Source: Candidatus Woesearchaeota archaeon
GTDB taxonomy: Archaea; Nanobdellota; Nanobdellia; Pacearchaeales; GW2011-AR1
NCBI GenBank assembly: GCA_964533515.1
Contig: CAZHMB010000001.1
Location: forward strand, 8,640-72,639
Length of the DNA stretch: 64,000 bases
Reading direction: 5' to 3'
A model generated the notes under the pieces. It was not told the origin of the DNA. It did no database searches and saw only the letters and a list, made by a program, of their open reading frames with translations. The position numbers and the translations under genes are program-made. Shown piece after piece: positions 54,569 to 64,000 of the stretch; position 1 is the first letter of the stretch; the number at the start of each line of letters is the position of its first letter.

Positions 54569-55431
54569 AAGATGGAAATGAGAAATTTGACTTGCTTTTT
54601 CTTTGCCATGAAAAAGATGTTGATGCCCTAAGGAGAAACCTAGATTATGCTCGAAAGAATGTTGGGGGGTATCGAAAAATTTTTGTTCTTAGCAAGGAGA
54701 ATTTCTTTAAAGAAGACAAGGACTTGATTTTTATAGATGAGAAAATATTTCCATTCAATAAGGAAGAGATTGCTAAGTACGCCCCAGAAGGTCGGGCGGG
54801 GTGGTATTTTCAACAGTTCCTTAAACTCTATTTTATTGAGGCGATGGGCAAGAAGTGTTTAGACAATGTCTTAATCATAGATGCAGACTGCGCGTTTATA
54901 AGAAAAACAAGTTTTTTCAGGGGTAAGAAACCGCTGTATAATTTTGAAATAGGGTATCATGACCCCTACTATAAAATCTTGGAGAAAGTATTTGGATTTG
55001 GTAAACAAGATTCCAATTTGTCTGGAACAGTGCACCATCTGATGTATCAAAGAAAATACATGTCTGAAATCTTAAATTTTGTGCGTAAAAGAAGTGGAAA
55101 TGAACTTTGGAAGGAGATCATGGACAAAGCAAATAAGAACACGATTTCAGGATTCTCAGAACAGGACCTCTATTTTAACTACATTCTTAAATTTCACAAG
55201 GATAAGATAAAAATAAGAAGGATAAAATTCATTGATTTCCCCTACAATAGTAGATTTTGGGTTTGGCTATTTAAGCATCTGGGCTATAGTTATATTGCAT
55301 CCCACGATTATCTTCAAAAAAAAAGATTTTCTGCAACAAGAAGTCTTTTAATTGAATTTCTAAAAGTACTTGGAATAAAAGTTTTGATAAAAAGAATACT
55401 TATAAAGCTAAGAATCTTGAGGGTTAAATAA
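54565..55431 (+). CDS. putative GT-A fold glycosyltransferase (DUF6492-like)
   Basis: GWYFQQFLKL, IIDAD, FSEQDLY. Confidence 0.75.
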   Translation: MKDGNEKFDLLFLCHEKDVDALRRNLDYARKNVGGYRKIFVLSKENFFKEDKDLIFIDEKIFPFNKEEIAKYAPEGRAGWYFQQFLKLYFIEAMGKKCLDNVLIIDADCAFIRKTSFFRGKKPLYNFEIGYHDPYYKILEKVFGFGKQDSNLSGTVHHLMYQRKYMSEILNFVRKRSGNELWKEIMDKANKNTISGFSEQDLYFNYILKFHKDKIKIRRIKFIDFPYNSRFWVWLFKHLGYSYIASHDYLQKKRFSATRSLLIEFLKVLGIKVLIKRILIKLRILRVK

Positions 55432-55432
55432 G

Positions 55433-55981
55433 ATGAAATTGAATTTGGGTTGTGGAAGGGAAACGATAAGAGGGTATGTTAATTGCGATATCTCCAAGGA
55501 CGTAAATCCCGACAAGGTTGTTGACTTAGAAAAAAAGTTACCTTTCAAAGATAATTCTGTGGAGGAAGTAGTAATTAACCACGTACTTGAACATATAATA
55601 AACTTTATTCCATTAATGCATGAGCTTCGGAGAATATGCGGGCCCGGTGCAAGAATTTATGCAAGGGTTCCATTTTATAGCTCATGGTCCCAGTTTACCG
55701 ATCCTACCCATGTTAGATTTTTTACTCCAAGAACATTTGACTATTTTAAGAAAGGGGAGCTGGGTCATGAGGCAGGTGCAAATGAAGATTTGTTTATAGT
55801 TAAAAAGGTTAAGATTAATTTTTTCTTTGGGAAGATGGCCATACTGAATCCCATAATAAATCCCCTAATCAATCTTAGTCAAAGAGCTTACTGTAGACTT
55901 TTTGCTTGGACTTTTCCAGCATCAGAGATTTGTTACGAATTAGAGGTTGTTAAAAATAAATCCATAAAAGAAAAAGATTAA
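55433..55981 (+). CDS. class I SAM methyltransferase-domain protein
   Basis: KLNLGCG, LPFKDNSV, HVLEH, DPTH. Confidence 0.88.
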   Translation: MKLNLGCGRETIRGYVNCDISKDVNPDKVVDLEKKLPFKDNSVEEVVINHVLEHIINFIPLMHELRRICGPGARIYARVPFYSSWSQFTDPTHVRFFTPRTFDYFKKGELGHEAGANEDLFIVKKVKINFFFGKMAILNPIINPLINLSQRAYCRLFAWTFPASEICYELEVVKNKSIKEKD

Positions 55982-55982
55982 G

Positions 55983-56705
55983 ATGGGATTATATCAATTG
56001 CAAATTAAGGTGAATCAGTTTTTGAACGGGGTTGGAAGAAAGAGAGTTTATCATCTTAAAAGGAAAGAAGTGGGAATTAATATTGGTAGTGACATAGAAA
56101 CTACCCCAGCATTTGTTGGAATTGATGGAAGCTTTCTAATCTCTTTTATGGGGAACAGATTTTTTCCCAGATTCTTTAAGAAGATTCTGTACAAGAGAAC
56201 ATGTTCTAGTAGAAATTATCCCTTTGAGACAGTTATGAAAAAGATTAGCAATGTTCGGATAATACATCATAATTTGGTATATGGAGTGCCATTTAAAAAA
56301 GAATCTGCGCAATTTATTTTTACATCACATTTCTTAGAACATCTTACTGATGCAAATGCCAAGAAATTGTTAAAGGATTGTTTTAGAGTTCTTAAGAAGA
56401 ATGGAATAATAAGAATAACGATACCCGATTTAGATGAGGAAGTGGGTAAGATCAAAAAAGATATATTAAATTACAAGAGTAATAGAAAAATAGAGCCTAT
56501 TCAGAAATATTTAACCCCGATATTCGCCCCTGAGGGGGAGTTTGCTACTCATAAAATAATCTATAATTTTGAAACTTTAAAAAAGGTTCTTGAATCTGTG
56601 AAGTTTAAAGGCGTAAAGAAAATGAATCGCTTTGAAGGAAATCTCCCTGGATTAAACAAGTTAGATACAAGAGAAGGTGGCCTTATTGTTGAAGCTAGAA
56701 AATGA
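55983..56705 (+). CDS. class I SAM methyltransferase-domain protein
   Basis: INIGS, SHFLEHL, RVLKKNGIIRITIPD. Confidence 0.85.
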   Translation: MGLYQLQIKVNQFLNGVGRKRVYHLKRKEVGINIGSDIETTPAFVGIDGSFLISFMGNRFFPRFFKKILYKRTCSSRNYPFETVMKKISNVRIIHHNLVYGVPFKKESAQFIFTSHFLEHLTDANAKKLLKDCFRVLKKNGIIRITIPDLDEEVGKIKKDILNYKSNRKIEPIQKYLTPIFAPEGEFATHKIIYNFETLKKVLESVKFKGVKKMNRFEGNLPGLNKLDTREGGLIVEARK

Positions 56706-57446
56706 CTAATTTGGCAAATTCTTTCCTGGAAGTATTGCGCAAATCAGATGATTTCCGTTGCTTCCGGGGATAAAAGACAAAAGCCATCCTAACAAATTAA
56801 AGAATTTTACTAATGAAGGAAATTTACCATTGAACCGATTGCTCATCCAGCAACTAGAAAAATTAACTTTATAATCCGATTCCAAATAATAGCTATTCAG
56901 CAACTTTACAATTTCTTTTTTTCTCCAACGGTAAACAAAGTTATCCCTAAATTTTTGATTGCCAAACTGATTTTTTTCGTATTTACTAGTTAAATTAAAA
57001 AGGTTTAAGATATTTCCGAACCAAGATTCTTGTGGCTCTATGAAAATAATTGCTTTTTTGGCAACTCTAAGCATCTCGTAGAATGCAAGAATTGGGCGGG
57101 AAACATGATGCAATGCTTCTTTCGCGAAGATCAAATCAAATGATTTGGGGGGTAGTGAAACTTTTTCCATATTCAACTTTACGTAAGAGACTCTTCGGTC
57201 TATATTCATTATCTCTTTTGTTTTTTCATCTGGAGGAGATATGCCACTTAAGACTATTTTTTTAAAGGGATATTTTATAAATCCTTCTGCTTCAACATGA
57301 TTTGCACCCAATACCAATACGGTATTGATTTTTCTTTTCATAAGATTGTCTAGCGACGTCTTAATAAAAAACTCATGAAAGTTTTTTGTATTTGTTACAG
57401 AAAGTATTTCTTTGAGTATTGGTCTAGATAAGATAACCTTATTCAT
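56706..57446 (-). CDS. class I SAM methyltransferase-domain protein
   Basis: SFDLIF..EALHH, EMLRVA, FIEP. Confidence 0.85.
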   Translation of the reverse strand: MNKVILSRPILKEILSVTNTKNFHEFFIKTSLDNLMKRKINTVLVLGANHVEAEGFIKYPFKKIVLSGISPPDEKTKEIMNIDRRVSYVKLNMEKVSLPPKSFDLIFAKEALHHVSRPILAFYEMLRVAKKAIIFIEPQESWFGNILNLFNLTSKYEKNQFGNQKFRDNFVYRWRKKEIVKLLNSYYLESDYKVNFSSCWMSNRFNGKFPSLVKFFNLLGWLLSFIPGSNGNHLICAILPGKNLPN

Positions 57447-57496
57447 TCGATCATAAAAAAGGTAGAGTTTATAAATTAATCTCTGTTTTGTGCATT

Positions 57497-58375
57497 ATGG
57501 CCAATCTAAAAACCCCTATTCTCTACCTAGTATTTAATAGACCCGAACTCGTTAAAAGAACGTTTGTGGAGATACAAAAAGCGAAACCCGTGCGGCTTTT
57601 TATTGCTGCAGATGGTCCAAGAGATGAAGAAGAAAAGAAGAAAACGGACGAAGTCAGACAATACATTCTAAAAAATATAAATTGGAAATGTGAAGTAAAA
57701 ACTCTTTTTAGAAAAAAGAACCTCGGGTGTAAGAATGCGGTTAGTTCGGCTATAACATGGTTTTTCGAGAATGTGGAAGGTGGTATCATACTTGAGGACG
57801 ATTGCCTTCCTGACCGTAGTTTTTTTAGATATTGCCAGGAGTTATTAATAAAATATAAAAATAATAAAAATATTATGCATATTGGTGGGAGTAATTTTTG
57901 TGGATGTGGGTGGAATAATAATTCTTATTACTTCTCTAAATATCCTCATATTTGGGGGTGGGCTACATGGAGGGGGGCATGGGAAGGATACGATAAGAAT
58001 GTTTCTACTCTGACTAATGATAAAATTAAAAGACAATATCCTTCTTTGATAGAACAAAAATTTATGCTAAAGAGATTTGAGAGAATTAAGCTTGGGATTT
58101 CTGACACTTGGGATTACCAATGGATGTGGAATATAAAAATAAATAATGGAATATGTATAACTCCTACTCAAAATATGGTAGGAAACATTGGGTTTTCTGA
58201 TGAGGCATCTTCTCACACCTCAAAAAACTTTTGGGACAACTTTTTTGTTGTTAAAAAAGTTAGGGCTACATCTTTTCCATTAAAACATCCAAAAAAAATA
58301 AAACTATCTTCTTATCAGGATAAAAAAGAACTCTGCGCAGATGCAATAAGGGTAATCCTTAAGAAATTATTTTAA
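57497..58375 (+). CDS. nucleotide-diphospho-sugar transferase (GT-A fold)
   Basis: FNRP, AADGPR, NLGC, ILEDDC, WGWATWR, TWDYQW. Confidence 0.88.
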   Translation: MANLKTPILYLVFNRPELVKRTFVEIQKAKPVRLFIAADGPRDEEEKKKTDEVRQYILKNINWKCEVKTLFRKKNLGCKNAVSSAITWFFENVEGGIILEDDCLPDRSFFRYCQELLIKYKNNKNIMHIGGSNFCGCGWNNNSYYFSKYPHIWGWATWRGAWEGYDKNVSTLTNDKIKRQYPSLIEQKFMLKRFERIKLGISDTWDYQWMWNIKINNGICITPTQNMVGNIGFSDEASSHTSKNFWDNFFVVKKVRATSFPLKHPKKIKLSSYQDKKELCADAIRVILKKLF

Positions 58376-58864
58376 AACTTTAACTTCTGTATCTAATATA
58401 ACTACCACATTTCCAAATAATTTTTTTAAAACATTCAAAATAGATTTTGGTAAAATTTTTAAATATCTCTGTGGAACTGCTTTCATTTTTAATATCTCAA
58501 ATTGTTCTTTTTGTTTTTTATGGAGGTATCCTGACTGCCCTAATGCTTGCTGGAGAGACCACTCATTAAAAAAATTCACGTGAGTGTGATCTCCGTAGGC
58601 TATGTAACTGTTATAATACGGGACTATAATCCTTATAATTGCGCCCTTTTTACTAATTCTCCAAAGTTCCTTCATTACTTCTTGGGGATTGGAGATATGT
58701 TCCAAGACATTATCCAATAGAATCTCTTCAAAAGTGTTATCTTTGAAAGGATAAGGATATTTTGTAAAATTGAAAGATTTATCGATGCCCCTTCCTTTCT
58801 GAAGATCCACATTTGTCCATCCTTTTTTTATTACTTTTCCACAACCCAAGTTTAATTTTTTCAT
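58367..58864 (-). CDS. class I SAM methyltransferase-domain protein
   Basis: KLNLGCG, PFKDNTF, VLEH, ELWRI. Confidence 0.88.
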   Translation of the reverse strand: MKKLNLGCGKVIKKGWTNVDLQKGRGIDKSFNFTKYPYPFKDNTFEEILLDNVLEHISNPQEVMKELWRISKKGAIIRIIVPYYNSYIAYGDHTHVNFFNEWSLQQALGQSGYLHKKQKEQFEILKMKAVPQRYLKILPKSILNVLKKLFGNVVVILDTEVKVLK

Positions 58865-58912
58865 AATAATAGTTGTGTGTCAGCTTTTTTAAAAGTTAGG
58901 GTTTGTTCAATC

Positions 58913-58954
58913 CTTTAGTTATATCTTCTACGCATTTCTTCCAATTATATTTTA
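58913..58954. repeat. Degenerate copy of the 3' end of the GT4 gene (partner 60105-60146)
   Basis: Both encode KYNWKKCVEDITK on the minus strand. Confidence 0.85.
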
Positions 58955-58995
58955 TTATAGTTTTGGTTAAATTTAGGGTTTATAGCATTCTGTAT

Positions 58996-59057
58996 GGAAT
59001 ATATCTAAAACCTTTAAACAAGTTTTGTATTCTTTTATGATTGGTAAAAAATGTCTT
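58996..59057. repeat. ~65-bp promoter-like direct repeat (partner 59965-60033)
   Basis: TATATCYAAAACC(C)TTTAAA...TTTTG...TTGGTAAAAAA(A)TGTCTT in both copies. Confidence 0.8.
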
Positions 59058-59161
59058 AACCAAAGGAAATCCTCCCATGGTGGAAAGGTTACTTATCTTA
59101 TCCATGCATTCTAGGTATTCTTTATCTTAATAATGTCTTCGTATTGTAGCTTGGGATTGAA

Positions 59162-59896
59162 TTAGTTTCTAATTATAAAAGTTTTAATTTTTCCTTCTTC
59201 TTTTGAAATGTTTGTAACCAATATCTCTTTTATGTTTTTTACATCAAATGGAGACTTATCTAGGTAAACTGCAGAATTTTCTGCTAAACGTATATCTTGC
59301 CCGTGAGACTTATCTTTATTAGGCCATGAGTTTTCTTCGCTGAATGGGTAATGTTCTACAATGAAGATATATTTGTATTTTGATAATTTTTTGAGAATTT
59401 TTTGAATTTGATTATTTGATAGGTGCTGAAAAACTTGCCGTATTATACATATATCCCCATCTGGAAGTTTGTTTTCTATTATATCTAAACACTCAAACTT
59501 TATATTTTTTGCGGAGAATTCAAAACGGTTTTTTTGTATTAACTCTGGTACAACATCTATCCCTACGTAATCTATATTTTCAGAGATTAAGTTTCTGCTT
59601 ACTCTAAAATCCCCACAGCCTAAATCTATAATTTTTAATTTTAATTTCTTTAATTTTAATTTCTTGATATAATCTTTGACGACCTCTATATATTCCTTAC
59701 TTGCTGCCTCATCTGATCCTGATCCTGAATAGAATTCTCCAGCTTTCCCCCCCCATTTATTTTTAGAGTATGTTTCTTGAAATACCTGCTTAACGGATTT
59801 CCGAGAATTTTGTTTTCTAACCCTTTTAATGTTTAAATCTCTACAAATCTCTACAAATCTTTTTGGGATTAGTTTTTTTATTTTTGCTTTACTCAT
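59162..59896 (-). CDS. class I SAM-dependent methyltransferase
   Basis: SGSGS, IDLGCGD, YVGIDVV, RQVFQHL. Confidence 0.9.
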   Translation of the reverse strand: MSKAKIKKLIPKRFVEICRDLNIKRVRKQNSRKSVKQVFQETYSKNKWGGKAGEFYSGSGSDEAASKEYIEVVKDYIKKLKLKKLKLKIIDLGCGDFRVSRNLISENIDYVGIDVVPELIQKNRFEFSAKNIKFECLDIIENKLPDGDICIIRQVFQHLSNNQIQKILKKLSKYKYIFIVEHYPFSEENSWPNKDKSHGQDIRLAENSAVYLDKSPFDVKNIKEILVTNISKEEGKIKTFIIRN

Positions 59897-60087
59897 AAAT
59901 TTTATTATTGATTTGTGTATATAAAGTTTATTATCTCTTTTTGTTTTGCGCAGGGTCACGATAGGGAAGATATATCCAAAACCCTTTAAATGAATTTTGA
60001 ATTTTGTTTTCAGGGTTGGTAAAAAAATGTCTTGATTTTATAAATACTTTAACCTATTATATTCTCTATATTCCCTTTTTCAGAAAG

Positions 60088-61098
60088 TTAGAATTTCACA
60101 ATTTCTTTAGTTATATCCTCCACGCATTTTTTCCAATTATATTTTTTTAATAACATACTTCTCGATGCTTGAATATCTTTCTTTTTCAAATCTAAAACTT
60201 CATTTATTGCATTAAATACGCTCTGATCATCTTCTACATTACACTTTCCTGGTAAAGATTTTCCCAATTCTGCTAAAGAAGTTGCATTATTAAAGACTAC
60301 TGGGGTTTCATAAAAATATGATTCTATTAAGGGTAATCCAAAACCTTCTATTGATGAGAGAAACATTGTGAATTTTGCATTTTTGTAATAGCCTGCAAGC
60401 TCTTCTTCCGACAAACTTCCATCAGGATAATATGGCTCGTAATTTGTTCCGTATTTTTTATTATATTTCTTTATTAAATCTAACGTCCTCCCCATATTCT
60501 TATGGGGAGCCCCGCTCCCAGCTATAAAAATATATTCATTCTTTTTAGGTTTAATTTTTCCTACGGGGACTTGATTACACCCTTCGGGAACAACCAATAT
60601 CTTATTTTTTGTGAATTTTTTAACTACCTTCTTGGTATAGTTTGAATTTACTAAAACTATATCTGAAAACTTTAGAGAAAATAAAAGGAGTGCTGTTGTT
60701 ATGGCTAAATCCAAGCGCCCTTTTTTTAAATAATATAACGGGATAAGGTCGTGCACGAAGGAAACATATTTTGTTTTTTTAACTTTAACTAATGACATAT
60801 GTCCTTTAGGGAAAAATAAAAAATCCAGTTTTTCTTTTTTTGCTATTTTATTTGCCGCTCCTGGATAGAAAAATATCTTTCTTAAAAGGTATGGGGCATT
60901 TGATTTAACTACTACTTTCTTAGACTTAAACTCTTTGAAATATTTTTTATTTTTTTTTGTTAAGATAATTACCACTTCAAACTTATCTTGTTTCTCTAAC
61001 TCTCTAAGGATTTCTAAGGTTGTCTTATAAATTCCTATAGATCCTGTTTTCTGAGGGTTTACATCCGCACAATAATAACCAAGTTTAACTTTCTTCAT
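60088..61098 (-). CDS. GT4 glycosyltransferase
   Basis: VHDLIP, PHKN, EGFGLPLIE. Confidence 0.9.
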   Translation of the reverse strand: MKKVKLGYYCADVNPQKTGSIGIYKTTLEILRELEKQDKFEVVIILTKKNKKYFKEFKSKKVVVKSNAPYLLRKIFFYPGAANKIAKKEKLDFLFFPKGHMSLVKVKKTKYVSFVHDLIPLYYLKKGRLDLAITTALLLFSLKFSDIVLVNSNYTKKVVKKFTKNKILVVPEGCNQVPVGKIKPKKNEYIFIAGSGAPHKNMGRTLDLIKKYNKKYGTNYEPYYPDGSLSEEELAGYYKNAKFTMFLSSIEGFGLPLIESYFYETPVVFNNATSLAELGKSLPGKCNVEDDQSVFNAINEVLDLKKKDIQASRSMLLKKYNWKKCVEDITKEIVKF

Positions 61099-61129
61099 TA
61101 TAAATTTAAATAAAATCCCGTATAAAAAA

Positions 61130-62476
61130 CTATTTGTTGTGGTTATCTTTTCCCCCAAAAACCAACAATCCCAAATAGGCAAATCTTGAAATTATAGTGG
61201 CTATTCCTGCCCCTATAACTGCAGGGTACATCTCCCCCGTTATTGCCAAGGCCCAGGTAATTAATAAATAATTTAAAAGTATATTTAGGGCAGTTGAAAT
61301 AACTACTGCAAATGCTATCTTTTTTGTTTTTCCTTGGGCTCCCCAGTAACCGCTGAAAATTCCTAAAAGAGGGTCTGTAAAAAGTACCAATGAAAGAATT
61401 CTTAATAAAAATACCGAATTTGAATAATCCCTTCCTGTGACAAAATTTACAAAATTAAAAATATACGGGGCAAGCACCCAGATACCTATAATCGCTAATA
61501 TTGAAAGAGGGATGGTTGCGATTAAGGATTTTTTTAATCCTAACTTTAGTCTTGATTTTTTTAATTTAGCAAAGATAGGAAATAAAACTGCTGAAAAAGA
61601 AATAAGCCCCAGGACTGCGACAACTAAGTAAAATGCTGCCTGGTAATGGGCAATAAATTCTGGAGCTACAAACCTTCCCAGCATTATAGTATCAATCTGG
61701 CCGAAGAAAACTCCTGCAAAGGCGGTAACTGAAAGTGGAAAAATGAAACTTCTTATCCCCATTTTCTTCGAAGAAGATATTTTCTTTCCGACATATTTCG
61801 GAATTTTGAACAATAAAAAAGTTGAGATAATAAGATAAGAAAAACCTAAACAAAGGAATAGGGTAAATAAAATTATCCTGCTTGAAGAAGATGCCGTCAA
61901 AAAAAGTGCCAGCCCGATCAAGACTATCCTTGAGATTTGGAAGAGTATCTCTTTATGGAAGGGTGTTTTAAAGTCATTTTTTGATTGGAATAATGAAGAT
62001 AAAAAAGCAGATAAATTAAGAAAAATTATATAGAAAATTCCAGCTAATAAAGCAAGGAAAAGAGGTTTTTGATAATAATAATTAGCTATAAAATATGCTG
62101 AAAAAAATAAAACCAAAGAGACTGTGATAGTTAATAAAAACTTTAACTTTGCTAAATACTCTACATATCCTTTCGAATTTTTTTGATATTTGGAGGCATA
62201 TCTAATCAGAGCGGTTCCAATCCCCAGATCACAGAAACCTGCAAAAACTAAAATCGTGGAAAGTGCTAAAGAGTAAAGCCCAAAAAGTTCTTCAGACAAA
62301 ACCCTCATTAATATCAAGTAGATAAATATTAAACTTCCAAATTTTGCCACCAGATTAGTTGAAAATTGATAAATTGAATTTTTCACAGCCATTCCAGCAT
62401 TCCCGGAAAAGTCTCTTTTTAAGAGTCTTCTTGTTATTCCGAAAGCCTCTTTTTCAAAAATTTTTAGTTTTCCCAT
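61130..62476 (-). CDS. oligosaccharide flippase (Wzx/RfbX, MOP superfamily)
   Basis: FGLYSL, DLGI, IDTIMLG, LNILLN, ~12 TM. Confidence 0.9.
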   Translation of the reverse strand: MGKLKIFEKEAFGITRRLLKRDFSGNAGMAVKNSIYQFSTNLVAKFGSLIFIYLILMRVLSEELFGLYSLALSTILVFAGFCDLGIGTALIRYASKYQKNSKGYVEYLAKLKFLLTITVSLVLFFSAYFIANYYYQKPLFLALLAGIFYIIFLNLSAFLSSLFQSKNDFKTPFHKEILFQISRIVLIGLALFLTASSSSRIILFTLFLCLGFSYLIISTFLLFKIPKYVGKKISSSKKMGIRSFIFPLSVTAFAGVFFGQIDTIMLGRFVAPEFIAHYQAAFYLVVAVLGLISFSAVLFPIFAKLKKSRLKLGLKKSLIATIPLSILAIIGIWVLAPYIFNFVNFVTGRDYSNSVFLLRILSLVLFTDPLLGIFSGYWGAQGKTKKIAFAVVISTALNILLNYLLITWALAITGEMYPAVIGAGIATIISRFAYLGLLVFGGKDNHNK

Positions 62477-62482
62477 CCCTTT

Positions 62483-62941
62483 TTATCCCTCAATAAACAT
62501 TAACTTCCTCAACTTTAAAAAATCATGTATTATAGAAATTTTATGTATTCTTGCTTTTAATTTTATTGTTGCAATAAAATCTAAGATTAAATGAATGCTA
62601 AACCCCAGAAGAATGTAGAAAAAATATTTTGAAAAGAAAGCGAGAAATCCCAGAACAATCAAAACCTCAATTCCGTGAAGAAAGTAAAACCCCTTGTAAA
62701 ACTTTTTTCTATTTTCCCTTGAGTAACCCATAGCCAACCTCTGATTGGCAAAGCACCTCTTTGTTACCTTGATTGGATTGGTCTCTCCCCTCTTGAAAAC
62801 ATAATAAATATAATGGTCTACATCAATCAAGAAACTTGAAAGGAAAACTATCGTCGCTCCTATTAATCCAATCTGTGGAAAAAATAGAAAAAGAAGGGCA
62901 GAAAAAATTGCTCCCAGAATAAGGTGTGTTTTTGGAAGCAT
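62483..62941 (-). CDS. membrane-bound metal-dependent hydrolase-like protein
   Basis: TH, IDVDH, LH..E, HLILD. Confidence 0.75.
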   Translation of the reverse strand: MLPKTHLILGAIFSALLFLFFPQIGLIGATIVFLSSFLIDVDHYIYYVFKRGETNPIKVTKRCFANQRLAMGYSRENRKKFYKGFYFLHGIEVLIVLGFLAFFSKYFFYILLGFSIHLILDFIATIKLKARIHKISIIHDFLKLRKLMFIEG

Positions 62942-62942
62942 C

Positions 62943-64000
62943 TTATTCCTCTATCTTCTTTATGATATCTGTGAATGCCGGACGAGTTATCAAAACCCCA
63001 ATTGAAATTCCTATTATTGTTGTTATCGCAAAACCTTTTAATAAGCCTGCGCCTGCCCAGATTAAAGGGAGTAGGGCAACTAGTGCTGTGAAATATGCTC
63101 CGAGAATTATTTTGAAGGCCCTTTTTATTTTCTGCTTTATGCTCAGTTGAACCTTAGAATGTGTTTCATCTAAAACAATTATCTGACTATCTATTCCTGT
63201 TCCGATTGTCGCTAAAACTCCCGCAATTGCTGGAAGATCAAAATTAACGTTAAACAGCGAGGAGATTCCAAGGATGATAATTATTTCAGAAATGCTTGTC
63301 AATAATAATGCCAGAACAGATTTGATATTCCTATATCTGAAAAATATTACTAGTGAAATTGCAAACAGTGCTGCAACACCCGCGATTAAGATGCTTCTGA
63401 TGAATTCTTTTCCAAGCGTCGGAGAAATTGTGTCGAGTTTTACTATCTCTAATTTGTAAGGTAAGCTTCCAGTCTTCAAAATTGTTTGCAGATGCTTCAT
63501 ATCTTTTTCGGTATTTGTTATCGCATCCTCTCTCGTCTCCCCTTGACCGGATCCGGAAATTGAAATTTGTGTTGTGACTTGTCCTTTAAGACCCTCGCTG
63601 ATTAATAAGCTATCTAAAAGCGTGCCATCAACATAAAGGTCTAATTTTTCGCTTAGATAATTTCCTTGTTGAGTTCTGTTCACTTCTAATTCAGAAGTTA
63701 TTCTTGCGTGCCTTTCTGCTGCTTGTTGAGTTAAATAAATTGTAAATTGGAAATTACAATAATGTGTTCCGTCTTGAGCTTGATCGCATTCCCTGATTCC
63801 TGCTTGTTGTCCACTTGTTCCAACAGAGGCTATTCCATTATCTGCTCCGCCCACGAAAACAGTTTCGTTCCCTATTTTTGCTTCGAATTTTCCTTGCTGC
63901 CCGATTAAATCTCTTAAATCATCCGGAGTTGTTCCTGCAATTTCTACAAGCATGAAATTTTCTCCAGACAAGTCTGAAACTGGCGCAATGGCCATGTCTG
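62943..64000 (-). CDS. secD: preprotein translocase subunit SecD (5' end likely outside window)
   Basis: LKTGSLP, ISPTLG, DLPAIAG..IGTGID, GFAITTIIG, ITRPAF. Confidence 0.92.
   Translation of the reverse strand, partial: DMAIAPVSDLSGENFMLVEIAGTTPDDLRDLIGQQGKFEAKIGNETVFVGGADNGIASVGTSGQQAGIRECDQAQDGTHYCNFQFTIYLTQQAAERHARITSELEVNRTQQGNYLSEKLDLYVDGTLLDSLLISEGLKGQVTTQISISGSGQGETREDAITNTEKDMKHLQTILKTGSLPYKLEIVKLDTISPTLGKEFIRSILIAGVAALFAISLVIFFRYRNIKSVLALLLTSISEIIIILGISSLFNVNFDLPAIAGVLATIGTGIDSQIIVLDETHSKVQLSIKQKIKRAFKIILGAYFTALVALLPLIWAGAGLLKGFAITTIIGISIGVLITRPAFTDIIKKIEE

Overview
Low-GC, gene-dense archaeal chromosome segment, most likely a DPANN archaeon of the Pacearchaeota/Woesearchaeota type (inference from archaeal-type ribosomal proteins, AglB, TATA boxes ~30 nt before leaderless starts, and absence of biosynthetic genes). 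Content: leuS, glyS, pheST, tRNA-splicing endonuclease, RNase Z, Sm/Lsm, a near-complete S10-spc ribosomal protein superoperon (rpl3 to secY) lacking rnp1/Rpp29 and adk, six tRNA genes (three interrupted), a phospholipase D plus esterase pair, nth, a ~21 kb mosaic surface-glycosylation locus around aglB, and a partial secD. Main observations: (1) four spacers of the ribosomal operon hold 16-19 aa mini-ORFs coupled to the downstream gene, all sharing a AAAAT..AATTTT-N(3-8)-CATTTT element whose CATTTT is complementary to the downstream AAAATG start; (2) GlyRS carries an N-terminal putative DNA-binding domain, with ACTACAAA repeats over its own promoter; (3) a 58-aa histone-H1-tail-like (AVKKK)5(AKKK)6 protein missed by the ORF track; (4) a tRNA-Thr with a 39-nt variable-loop insertion, and a structured tRNA-3'-end-like element behind tRNA-Gln; (5) duplication scars and a gene remnant pointing to cassette shuffling in the glycan locus. 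No rRNA, CRISPR array, transposase or integrase was seen. All family calls are from motif recognition, not database searches.
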